Source of the DNA: an uncultured Candidatus Saccharibacteria bacterium | Lineage (GTDB): Bacteria; Patescibacteriota; UBA1384; XYA2-FULL-43-10 | DNA: 42,606 bases | Reading direction: 5' to 3' | Assembly: GCA_964426805.1 (NCBI GenBank) | Contig: CAYRRY010000003.1 | Span: forward strand, 1 to 42,606 | Part shown: one piece after another, positions 16,694 to 25,849 of the stretch | Position numbering within the stretch: position 1 is the stretch's first letter | Layout: every line of letters starts with the position of its first letter | Notes under the pieces: generated by a model | The model's database searches: none | What the model saw: the letters and a program-made list of their open reading frames with translations, nothing else | Told to the model about the DNA's origin: nothing | Program-made: the position numbers and the translations under genes

Positions 16694-17842
16694 ATGACCA
16701 CAGAGTTAATCTTGATAGCCATTGCAGTCTTTCTGGCAGCCACAGTTGGTACAATTGTTGCCAATATTTTAGTTCGCAAAAAACAAGCCAAACAACTCGA
16801 AAACTTAAATCTAGAAGAAAAAATGGCTCGTCTCTCCCATGAGGCACTCAAAAGCAACAACGAACAATTTCTAACCCTTGCTAAAGAAGTTTTGGGCGCA
16901 GAGAAAGGAAATATAAAAACTGACCTTGAAGGTAAAAAGTCCCAAATATCTTCATTGATTGCGGAGATAAGAACTGACATCAAAAAAAACGAAGAGAGAC
17001 TAAAATCCTCAGACGACGATCGGGTACGTTCCTTTTCCGCTCTAAAGCAGGAGATGGAGGAGTACAAAAAGATAAGCGGGGACTTGAAGTTATCCACAGA
17101 TAAACTGAAAGCGCTGCTTTCGAACAATCAGATGCGCGGAGCCTTTGGTGAACAGATAGCAGAAAATCTACTAAAAATGGCTGGATTCGTAGTTGGTCAA
17201 GATTATTCTGCCAACAAAGCGCAGGACACCGAAAGCACGCGGCCAGACTTTACAATATTTTTACCTGATAGAACAAAGATAAATATTGATGTAAAGTTTC
17301 CATACTCATCGCTCATCAAATCCATAGAGTCCGAAAATGAGGAAGAGAAAAAACGACACTTTAGACAATTCAAGCAAGATGTGAAAAATAAGATTAAACA
17401 AGTTTCAACCAGGGACTACATAAATCCAGCCGAGAAAACAGTTGATTTTGTCATTCTCTTTATACCAAATGAGATGATTTTTTCATACATTTACGACAAG
17501 ATGAACGACGTCTGGGAGGAAGCAATGCAGAAAAAAGTTATTTTTACAGGACCTTTCTCTTTTACTGCAATCTTACGCATGGTCAAGCAGGCATACTCTA
17601 ACTTTCGATACCAAGAGAACCTTCATCAAATAATCGGTCATATCCAAAAGTTCGACACAGAGTATCAGAAATATTCGGAATCAGTTGATAGGCTTGGAGA
17701 GAGAATCAAGTCTGCCGACAAGCAGTTCGAGGTAGTTTCGACTACCCGAGACCGGCAGCTTACAAAAGTAGTCGACAAGATTAAGGACACGGACCTCGCT
17801 GAAATAACCCCAGAAGCAGACGATATACCTAAAATAATATAG
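16694..17842 (+). CDS. rmuC: DNA recombination protein RmuC
   Basis: N-terminal TM helix plus coiled coil, then the RmuC core (RPDFTIFLP....I.IDVKFP, DFVILFIPNE). Confidence 0.88.
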   Translation: MTTELILIAIAVFLAATVGTIVANILVRKKQAKQLENLNLEEKMARLSHEALKSNNEQFLTLAKEVLGAEKGNIKTDLEGKKSQISSLIAEIRTDIKKNEERLKSSDDDRVRSFSALKQEMEEYKKISGDLKLSTDKLKALLSNNQMRGAFGEQIAENLLKMAGFVVGQDYSANKAQDTESTRPDFTIFLPDRTKINIDVKFPYSSLIKSIESENEEEKKRHFRQFKQDVKNKIKQVSTRDYINPAEKTVDFVILFIPNEMIFSYIYDKMNDVWEEAMQKKVIFTGPFSFTAILRMVKQAYSNFRYQENLHQIIGHIQKFDTEYQKYSESVDRLGERIKSADKQFEVVSTTRDRQLTKVVDKIKDTDLAEITPEADDIPKII

Positions 17843-17845
17843 AGC

Positions 17846-18802
17846 ATGTCAAAAGAATTCATAGTTACAAGTAACGACGAAGGAAAAAGAATTGACCAAT
17901 TTTTGGCCAATAATTTTTCTGATCTATCCAGAAATAAACTTTCCAAAATGGTCAAGACAGGAGAAATCACGTGCAATAGAGGCATGGTTAAGCCGAGTCA
18001 TAACCTAAAAGAGGAGGATGTAATCTCTGTAGGTGAAATCAAGAAAGATCAAGCTAATTCTGTCCCAAAGGGAGAAAAAATAGACTTGGAAATCATTTTC
18101 GAGGATGATGATGCGATTGTTATAAACAAGCCGGCAGGCTTAGTAGTTCACCCCGCAGATGGCAACGAGTCGGGCACACTAGTCAACGCACTTATCAACT
18201 ACTATCCAAAAATTGTAGATGCTATTTACGATCAACACTCAGAAGTTTCGAAGATTCGTCCCGGCATAGTTCACAGACTAGACAAAGACTCTTCTGGAGT
18301 TATGATAGTGGCAAAAAACAAGAGTGCACTTGATTTTTTATCTGGCGAGATAAGAGCACGAAATGTCGAGAAGAGATACCGTGCAATCTGTTTGGACAAT
18401 CTTCCGAACAAGTCCGGAGAACTCATAAACAAACTAATTCGTCATCCGCAAAAGAGAAAAGAGATGGCTATATCAGAAGATGACAGAGGAAAAGAGGCGA
18501 TTACAAAATATAAAGTGATTAGCTCACATAAATTCAATGATCAAAATATATCATTAATTGAGTTTCAGATCATAACAGGCAGAACACACCAGATAAGAGT
18601 TCACGCCAAATCACTCAATTCGCCGGTGCTAGGTGACAAGGTTTACAACATAAAAGCTAGTGACGCTTTGTCGAATGAGCTAAATATCAATCGACCACTT
18701 CTGCATTCACGGTTACTGAAAATAAAATTACCAAACGGCGAAACAAAAGAATTCATCGCTAAAGTGCCTGATGATTTTAAGAAAGTTTTAGATAAGTTTT
18801 AA
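17846..18802 (+). CDS. rluD: RluA-family 23S rRNA pseudouridine synthase (RluD-like) with an S4 domain
   Basis: HRLDKDSSGVMIVAKN catalytic motif, TGRTHQIRVH, and an N-terminal S4-like RIDQFL segment. Confidence 0.9.
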   Translation: MSKEFIVTSNDEGKRIDQFLANNFSDLSRNKLSKMVKTGEITCNRGMVKPSHNLKEEDVISVGEIKKDQANSVPKGEKIDLEIIFEDDDAIVINKPAGLVVHPADGNESGTLVNALINYYPKIVDAIYDQHSEVSKIRPGIVHRLDKDSSGVMIVAKNKSALDFLSGEIRARNVEKRYRAICLDNLPNKSGELINKLIRHPQKRKEMAISEDDRGKEAITKYKVISSHKFNDQNISLIEFQIITGRTHQIRVHAKSLNSPVLGDKVYNIKASDALSNELNINRPLLHSRLLKIKLPNGETKEFIAKVPDDFKKVLDKF

Positions 18803-18881
18803 TAGAACTATTTACATTTACTTAGCTTTTAGTATATGCTTAAGTTACTTAAGTATGATTTTATATTAACTTTTTTATATT

Positions 18882-19514
18882 ATGAAAACCCAACGCGAAA
18901 GAATAACTATCTCAATTCGGAAAGAGATACTCTCAAAGATTGATAAAAAAATAGATGGAATAAGACTTCGAAACAGATCTCACGCAATTGAAAGTATGGT
19001 TGTGGAAACGCTGGGCATCGATACAATCTCCGATGTCGTGATTATGGCCGGTGGAGAAGATGCGATAAAGTCAGTAGATGCGATAGGAGAGCTACTGTTA
19101 AAACTAAAAAACATTGGCGTCGAGGAAGTTATTATCGCCGTCGGCTACTTGGGCAAAAAGATAAAAGACGTACTAAAAGATGGAGAAGAGTACGGCTTGC
19201 ATATTAACTATCTTGAAGAAGGCGAAGGCACGGGCGGAGTTTTGATTGAAATGAAAAAGTCTTTAAAAAAATCTTTCTTAGTAATAAATATTGATAAAAA
19301 AACAGACGTAGACCTAAAAACTTTACTAGATTTTCACAAATCTTCGCTATCGCTGGCTACTGTTGCCACTGAGAATATCAAAACATTGAAGGGTATCTAC
19401 GTACTTGAATCCGAGGTACTAGACTATCTGCCCAAAGGTTTTTCTATGCTTGAAGAAGATGCCTTTCCAAAACTTTTAGAAGAAGGTAAACTCACCATCT
19501 ATCCGATACTTTAG
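18882..19514 (+). CDS. Ribbon-helix-helix domain fused to a degenerate nucleotidyltransferase-like domain
   Basis: N-terminus ERITISIRKEILSKID...RSHAIESMV looks CopG/RHH-like. The remainder resembles sugar-nucleotidyltransferase folds (VIMAGGED..., EGEGTGG) but lacks the canonical GxGTRL loop. Confidence 0.5.
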   Translation: MKTQRERITISIRKEILSKIDKKIDGIRLRNRSHAIESMVVETLGIDTISDVVIMAGGEDAIKSVDAIGELLLKLKNIGVEEVIIAVGYLGKKIKDVLKDGEEYGLHINYLEEGEGTGGVLIEMKKSLKKSFLVINIDKKTDVDLKTLLDFHKSSLSLATVATENIKTLKGIYVLESEVLDYLPKGFSMLEEDAFPKLLEEGKLTIYPIL

Positions 19515-19571
19515 CCGACAAGACCCTATGCACTTGTGGAATTTATGGAATAGTAATAAAATAAAGAACAT

Positions 19572-20858
19572 ATGAGAAGAAATTTATGGATATCATTGGC
19601 TGTGATTGTAATCTTTACCGCGCTTGCGGTATTTATTGATATGCCGAAAAGCTTTTTCTTTGGAGACAAAATCAAGGCTTTGCTCGGACTCGACCTGCAA
19701 GGAGGAACAGAACTAATCTATGAAGCTGATCTTTCTGCATCAGAAAACAAAACAAAAGACCTGGATAATCTAAAAAGCGTCTTTAGGTCTCGCATAGATG
19801 AATTGGGAGTGGCTGAACCAACAATACAAACTATTGGAACAAGTAGAATTTTAATAGAGCTACCTGGAATAAAAAATATCGACGAGGCCGTGGAAAGAAT
19901 TGGTGATACATATGAACTGGTATTTATGACTGAAACAGAGAGCGAAGATGGAGTGGTGCTCACAGATTATTATAGCGATGAAGTATATCAAACTCTCTGG
20001 GCACCAACCGATTTAACCGGTAGAAGTTTGAGTTCAGCAGAAGCGACTTTTCAGGGAGGACAAGCTCAAATTCAATCAAAACCAGTAGTCTCGATTAGCT
20101 TTGATAATATCGGCCAAGAAAAGTTTGCCACCTTAACCCGTGAAAATCTGGACAAAAGAGTTGCTATGGTGCTTGACAATAAGATCATTTCAGCACCATA
20201 TGTCAAAGTTGAAATAACCGACGGAAGAGCAGTTATCGAGGGCTCAGATGATATCAAAGAAGCACAGCAACTTGCAAAAAGATTAAACGAGGGTGCGCTA
20301 CCTGTCACCGCCAACCTAGTAGCACAACAAAACATCGGAGCATCACTCGGCGCAGATAGTTTGAAGAAAAGCGCTATTGCCGGTGCAATAGGGCTTTTGC
20401 TTTTAGTTATTTTTATGATTGTTTATTATCGTTTCACCGGCATCATGGCAGCCATAACTCTTACCATATATGCACTTATCACTCTCGCCATGTATAAACT
20501 TATTCCCGTAACCCTAAGTCTTGCCGGTATTGCAGGCTTTGTTTTGTCTATCGGCATGGCGGTCGACGCCAATGTTCTGATATTTGAGAGAATCCGTGAA
20601 GAGCTTCGATACGGCAAAGAGATGAATATGGCGGTCAAAGATGGTTTTGTCCGAGCTTGGTCTTCAATCCGTGATTCCAATTTAAGCTCAATAATAACCT
20701 GTTTTGTCTTGTATATTTTTGGCTCAGGCCCCGTTCGAGGCTTTGCACTAACTCTGGCCATAGGAATCTTAGTCAGCATGTTTACAGCCATAACTGCAAC
20801 TAGAACATTTATGCTTTTGATCGCAAACACAAAAGCAGGAAAGTGGTTCAATGTATAG
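19572..20858 (+). CDS. secD: Protein translocase subunit SecD
   Basis: LGLDLQGG, a periplasmic domain, and the C-terminal 6-TM block with GMAVDANVLIFERIREE. Confidence 0.93.
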   Translation: MRRNLWISLAVIVIFTALAVFIDMPKSFFFGDKIKALLGLDLQGGTELIYEADLSASENKTKDLDNLKSVFRSRIDELGVAEPTIQTIGTSRILIELPGIKNIDEAVERIGDTYELVFMTETESEDGVVLTDYYSDEVYQTLWAPTDLTGRSLSSAEATFQGGQAQIQSKPVVSISFDNIGQEKFATLTRENLDKRVAMVLDNKIISAPYVKVEITDGRAVIEGSDDIKEAQQLAKRLNEGALPVTANLVAQQNIGASLGADSLKKSAIAGAIGLLLLVIFMIVYYRFTGIMAAITLTIYALITLAMYKLIPVTLSLAGIAGFVLSIGMAVDANVLIFERIREELRYGKEMNMAVKDGFVRAWSSIRDSNLSSIITCFVLYIFGSGPVRGFALTLAIGILVSMFTAITATRTFMLLIANTKAGKWFNV

Positions 20859-21735
20859 AATAATTTCAAAAAGAAAAAATTGGTTTATACTCTCATCTAT
20901 CTTAGTAGCACTATCGATAGCTTCAATATTTATATTCGGCTTGAGAATAGGTATCGACTACAAAGGGGGAGCAATTGTCGTTTTAGAATCTGGCAATGAA
21001 AATGCTCAAGAATTAATTAACGAAAGTCTTGGAGAGCAGGAAGTAAGCAGTTATCAATTAAAACCAAGTGGCGACAATCAATACACTCTAAGATTTGAAC
21101 CGATAGAAAAAGCTGAGCACGACCAAATTCTTAGCTCAATTAAAGAAAAAGTAGGGGAGATAGAGGAAGTTCAATACGATAATATCGGTCCAACAATCGG
21201 TAAAGACTTAACTAACAAGTCTATACTTTCGGTTATTTTAGCCTCCCTAGCTATCATTCTCTTTATCGCCTTCTCTTTTCGAAAAGTACCAAAACCTCTA
21301 AGCTCATGGAAGTTCGGCACACTCGCAGTAGTCGCCCTAATTCACGACCTAATTATAACGACTGGAATAATCGCGCTTCTTGGTCACTTCTTCATCTGGA
21401 TGGAGATAGACGCCCTCTTCATCACAGCTCTTCTAACCATCATGGGCTTCTCTGTGCACGATACTATTGTGGTTTACGATAGATTACGAGAAAACTTTAT
21501 TAAAAACCCGCACAAGTCGATAGACGAGTCCGCAGAGGAAAGCGTCAACTCTACCCTGGTTCGATCAATCAATACTTCTTTAACCACCATAATCGTTCTG
21601 CTCGCGCTCTTCCTAATCGGAGGTGAATCGATCCGACACTTTGTTCTAACTCTATTAATCGGAATCCTAATCGGAACGTACTCTTCAATCTTCTTGGCTT
21701 CTCCCCTCTTGGTCTCCTGGCATAAAAAGAAATAA
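20851..21735 (+). CDS. secF: Protein translocase subunit SecF
   Basis: GIDYKGG, a TM block with GFSVHDTIVVYDRLREN. Overlaps secD by 8 nt. Confidence 0.93.
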   Translation: MYRIISKRKNWFILSSILVALSIASIFIFGLRIGIDYKGGAIVVLESGNENAQELINESLGEQEVSSYQLKPSGDNQYTLRFEPIEKAEHDQILSSIKEKVGEIEEVQYDNIGPTIGKDLTNKSILSVILASLAIILFIAFSFRKVPKPLSSWKFGTLAVVALIHDLIITTGIIALLGHFFIWMEIDALFITALLTIMGFSVHDTIVVYDRLRENFIKNPHKSIDESAEESVNSTLVRSINTSLTTIIVLLALFLIGGESIRHFVLTLLIGILIGTYSSIFLASPLLVSWHKKK

Positions 21736-21751
21736 GCAATAACAAATATTT

Positions 21752-21788
21752 AGGGTACCTTGCAAGCGGGGGAGTGCCCTTTTTTTTA
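21752..21788 (+). terminator. Intrinsic terminator after secF
   Basis: Stem agggtac/gtgccct (one G-U pair) followed by nine T. Confidence 0.65.
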
Positions 21789-22424
21789 TTTTGAACTATA
21801 TTTTTATAATATAAATCATCATCACGACACTCAAGGGATGTTAATAATAGATGCATAAATAAATGAGCAAATAATTTCGTGCTATAAAGGATGTTCTATT
21901 AATGATTGCTAATGAGGCCATAGGCATGTCAACAAGTTTTTCCAAAATTTAAGAAATAATGCTATATAATATTGTTGTCGTTTGTTTGCTTGTCTGTTGA
22001 TATCCAGATGGCATTTTGGGTATGATTTTATGTGATTATTAGAGATAGAGGACTCATTAACCCTCCAAGTGCAGATAATGCCTTAGAACGCATTCTAGAG
22101 CTTTACGAGGCTAATATCAGCTATATTGTCGGCACTTGTGTACATATATACATACTACCAGAGCTGAGTTATTAAAACGTGTCGCATTATGTTTATTATG
22201 CGTCATGTTTATTGTTACTTAATAATAGTAGCAATAGAATAAGACATCTAAGCTTATCAAATGTTTTTTCAACAGGGGGATTTTTGAATGATTTTTTTTA
22301 CTACTCTATCTTCACCTTTTATATTGTGTTTCAATATTTCTTGACGTGGCATATCTTTGGTAAAAATAGATAAAATTCAAATGATTTTTTTTCAGCACTC
22401 CCCCGCCAACTTCTCAAAAATATC

Positions 22425-22446
22425 AAAAACGCCACTATTGTGGCGC
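22425..22446 (-). terminator. Intrinsic terminator after the 1103-aa ATPase gene
   Basis: Minus strand: cgccac-aata-gtggcg followed by ttttt. Confidence 0.6.
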
Positions 22447-22466
22447 TTCTAATATACATTAACTCT

Positions 22467-25400
22467 TTATAATTTTATTGCTTGACCTTCATCCATTCCA
22501 TTCGCTTGATCATCAATCTTGTCTTCACCGGCCTTCTCAGATTTTTCCTGAACTCTATCCGTTTTTGCATTTTCTTCTTTTCCCCCGACACTTTTGGTCG
22601 GAACTTCGACCTCAGGCTTCTTCGGTACGTCGGGGCTCTTCACCTTACCCTCTATCTTGGAAGCAGGCTTCTCTTGAACTTTGGGGTGACTCGCTTTTGA
22701 CGGTGGTTTTTTATTTCCTGGGTTTTTGCCCCTGTCTCCGCTGTCATTATCTTTTTTATTGTTGTTTTTATCTCTCTTTTTTCTTTTACCTCTCCCCTCT
22801 TTGTTCTCATTTTTCTTCTCAACTTTTTTAGCAAGCTCTATCATCTTCTTGCCGTCATCGGTAATAGTAACCCCAACATCTTCAAGTTCATCAGGCGTTA
22901 CTTCCTCTCCCACATACCACTTGACCCCGCCTCGAGCCGTATGTTCTTTGAATACTTTGTCTCCTATCAAATTTTCATGTTTTAGATAACGAGGTTTCCG
23001 CTCTTTTTTCTCACCCTCTTCGCCCCCCTCTCCTGGCAGAATTTCTGCCCTATCAGCTTTAACGCTACTTTCGGTATTACGATTAGGTTTTTCTTCTACG
23101 CGCTTCTCTTTTGGCAGAGCTTCCTTTGCCACCACTTCTGGTTTTTTATTAATTTTTTCTTGGGACTTTTCTTCTTTTTTCTCAGCTGGTTTCTCCTCAA
23201 CTTTTCTGGTTTCTGTTTTTTTATCTTTTGGCCTCTCCTCTCTCCTGTTTGTCGCACTATCTATATTTGGTTTTCTGTCATTATTTTTGTTACTTGGCCC
23301 ACTATCACCTTTTTTGTTTTTAACCAACAGCGCCTCAAGTCCACCTTTTTTGAAAGCATCGGCCTGATCTTTGAGCCCCTTCATTTCAGCCATGGCTCTG
23401 TCTTCAATGTTCTGCTCAACCGTAGCTCTAGGTTTAGCATATTTTTCACGAGATAAAGCTATCACTTTTTCAGCGTTTCCTGTTAGGATATCTACCGGCG
23501 GCAATGTCCGCGCAGAAAAAGCAGGAGAGGAGACACCATCAATTAAAAGCTTAATATAAACATTATACTTATCAAGATTTACTAGATCGTTCTGATCAAA
23601 AACGGGTTCGTACTCTTTTACAAGATAGTCTGCATCCCCACCACCAACTCTAAAAGATACGATTGTTCCCGCATTTCCAAATACTGCGTCTCTCACCTCT
23701 TCCGGCATCTGGTTAACATACTGATTAGCAATATTTAAGTTTAGATGATATTTTCTAGCCTCAGACAAAATAACAGCAAAAGACTCTGTTGCAAAGTTTT
23801 GGAACTCATCTACGTATAGATACGAGTCGGGCCTGTTATCCACTGTTGTGTCTGCACGATTCATTGCTCCTAGCTGAATCTTTGTAATCATCATGGCGCC
23901 AAGCAGTGCAGAGTTGTCTTCACCTATCTTTCCTCGAGAAAGATTGACTATCATTATTTTTTTGTTATCCATGATGTTTCTGATGTCTAAGGTGGATTGT
24001 GGCTGACCAACAATATTTCGAATAGTAGCAGTTGCTAGAAACTGTCCAATTTTATTTAAAATTGGAGAGACTGCTTCTGTCCTAAATTTATTATCATATG
24101 AGCCAAATTCATTAACCCAAAACTCCCGGATCACAGGATCTTTTACCTTCTCTACAACTCTATCTCTAAAACCAGCCTCTGTAAGCATCCGAGGAATGTC
24201 TAGCATAGTAGAGTTGGGATAATCAAGAAGAGCAAGCACCGTATTTCTAAGTATGTGCTCAAGACGAGGGCCCCATGAGTGGCCAAATATTTTCTTGAAG
24301 ATTCCTACAAAACCTGACGCCACCATACCCTTGAAGTCATCTTCAACATGTTCCAAAAGGTTAAAGGCTATCGGATATGCCCTGTCTGCAGGGTCGAAGA
24401 CAATAACGTCATCTATCCTCTCGTCTGGAATACACGCTAAAACCTTATCGGCAAACTCACCATGAGGGTCAACAACAATAACCCCACGGCCCTCTCGCAC
24501 ATCGTCTAGCGCCATGTTTTCCATCAAAACAGACTTACCTACGCCAGATTTACCAATGATGTAAACGTGCCGTCGTCTGTCGTCCATCTTTATGCCAAAC
24601 TTATTGAAAACATTTCTATAAGTTGTCTCGCCAATTGTAGTTAGCTGCTTCTCTGGGTTGTTATCCACCATCGGAAGATCAGCGGGGGGCTCACCTTTTT
24701 TAGATCCAGACCAAACAATATTTGGAGTTTCCACTGTTTCGTGAGGAAAGTGATAAAGAGAAGCCAGCTCTCCAATGTTATATATTGCGCCCTCATCCTC
24801 AAACATTCGATGAGCGTATTCGTTATAAAAGATATTATCATTTAAAGTTATCTCCCCTATCTTAAATCCGTTTCCATTGGTTGTGTTGTACTGCTTGAAG
24901 GTCGCGGCCACGCCCTGAGTTTTTATCCTGGCTGACATAGGATCAGAAGATATGGCAACAATTCTAATTTTTGTTTCATACCCAAGTTTTTGAACCTTAA
25001 ATTCAATTCCTTTTAAGGCCTCTTCGACTGCTCCAGATAACACCGGCGGACCCGCCTCTTCAGGAGCTTCGGCCCCAGGTCTCACCGCTTGTGCAAATAT
25101 CAATTTAAGAAATTTCCCGATTCCTCCTCCCACTGATTGAGCCATGCCCGGTGTTCCTATCTTCTTGCCAGATTTTACAGATTGAATCACTGAATTCCCC
25201 TTTTCCTGCCATTCATCACCTACCGGACGTATAATAAATTGAAGCCAAACCTGCTCACCAGGATTTAGCTTCGACATAACAGAAGTTATCCCAGAGATTG
25301 GATCAACCTCAAAATCAGAAAATAATTTGATTGGGTAAACATCTGGCTTGGTAGGAATAAGCTCGGCCGAAGCAAAACTTTTGCCACGCAAATCAGTCTC

Positions 25401-25778
25401 TTTTGTATAATCTTCAACCTCGTTTATCTCCACAGTTGGATACTGAGCATAAATTTGACCCTCAACAAAATCTCTTAAGTGAGTCGGGATATAAACAAAA
25501 AAACGAATGTATTTGTCTTTAGAAACAATTTCAAAACTCATATGATTTTGAAAAAGTGCAGATTCAGAATAAATTCCATGCAAAGAAGCAAACATCTGCT
25601 CCGCAGCCAGTGGAGCCTTTTCGTTGTTTTTAGGAACATCTATTCGAATTATCGAGTACTGTTGAGAGCTAAGCCATTCGAGCCTTTTTTTCTGTTTTCT
25701 TACATTGTAAAGCTGGTAGACGACAAAAACGCCCCCTCCCAATAAAACAGCATAAACTAAATAAAGAATGACTTGCAT
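22467..25778 (-). CDS. Membrane-anchored VirD4/TraD-like (T4 coupling-protein-like, FtsK/HerA superfamily) P-loop ATPase with a long K/E-rich C-terminal tail
   Basis: N-terminal TM helix, Walker A HVYIIGKSGVGKS, Walker B YLYVDEFQNF, ARKYHLNLNIANQ. The last ~310 aa are low-complexity K/E/P-rich. Confidence 0.78.
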   Translation of the reverse strand: MQVILYLVYAVLLGGGVFVVYQLYNVRKQKKRLEWLSSQQYSIIRIDVPKNNEKAPLAAEQMFASLHGIYSESALFQNHMSFEIVSKDKYIRFFVYIPTHLRDFVEGQIYAQYPTVEINEVEDYTKETDLRGKSFASAELIPTKPDVYPIKLFSDFEVDPISGITSVMSKLNPGEQVWLQFIIRPVGDEWQEKGNSVIQSVKSGKKIGTPGMAQSVGGGIGKFLKLIFAQAVRPGAEAPEEAGPPVLSGAVEEALKGIEFKVQKLGYETKIRIVAISSDPMSARIKTQGVAATFKQYNTTNGNGFKIGEITLNDNIFYNEYAHRMFEDEGAIYNIGELASLYHFPHETVETPNIVWSGSKKGEPPADLPMVDNNPEKQLTTIGETTYRNVFNKFGIKMDDRRRHVYIIGKSGVGKSVLMENMALDDVREGRGVIVVDPHGEFADKVLACIPDERIDDVIVFDPADRAYPIAFNLLEHVEDDFKGMVASGFVGIFKKIFGHSWGPRLEHILRNTVLALLDYPNSTMLDIPRMLTEAGFRDRVVEKVKDPVIREFWVNEFGSYDNKFRTEAVSPILNKIGQFLATATIRNIVGQPQSTLDIRNIMDNKKIMIVNLSRGKIGEDNSALLGAMMITKIQLGAMNRADTTVDNRPDSYLYVDEFQNFATESFAVILSEARKYHLNLNIANQYVNQMPEEVRDAVFGNAGTIVSFRVGGGDADYLVKEYEPVFDQNDLVNLDKYNVYIKLLIDGVSSPAFSARTLPPVDILTGNAEKVIALSREKYAKPRATVEQNIEDRAMAEMKGLKDQADAFKKGGLEALLVKNKKGDSGPSNKNNDRKPNIDSATNRREERPKDKKTETRKVEEKPAEKKEEKSQEKINKKPEVVAKEALPKEKRVEEKPNRNTESSVKADRAEILPGEGGEEGEKKERKPRYLKHENLIGDKVFKEHTARGGVKWYVGEEVTPDELEDVGVTITDDGKKMIELAKKVEKKNENKEGRGKRKKRDKNNNKKDNDSGDRGKNPGNKKPPSKASHPKVQEKPASKIEGKVKSPDVPKKPEVEVPTKSVGGKEENAKTDRVQEKSEKAGEDKIDDQANGMDEGQAIKL

Positions 25779-25849
25779 CTTATTTCTATTGTATATTATC
25801 CCCTACTTAAATTCAACGAGTATTCATCCAAAAAAAACCGCAAGCAGAC

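Noticed and set aside
22179-22373. 64-aa ORF in the AT-rich gap.
   Set aside because: It has a GTG start, no SD, and an extremely AT-rich, Y/F/L/N-rich translation. It is most likely a chance ORF in AT-rich DNA.
21766-22406. The 12-nt inverted repeat gcgggggagtgc / gcactcccccgc as terminal inverted repeats of a MITE or IS remnant.
   Set aside because: The match does not extend beyond 12 nt. No target-site duplication or transposase is present. The left copy is part of the secF terminator loop, and about one such match at this spacing is expected by chance.
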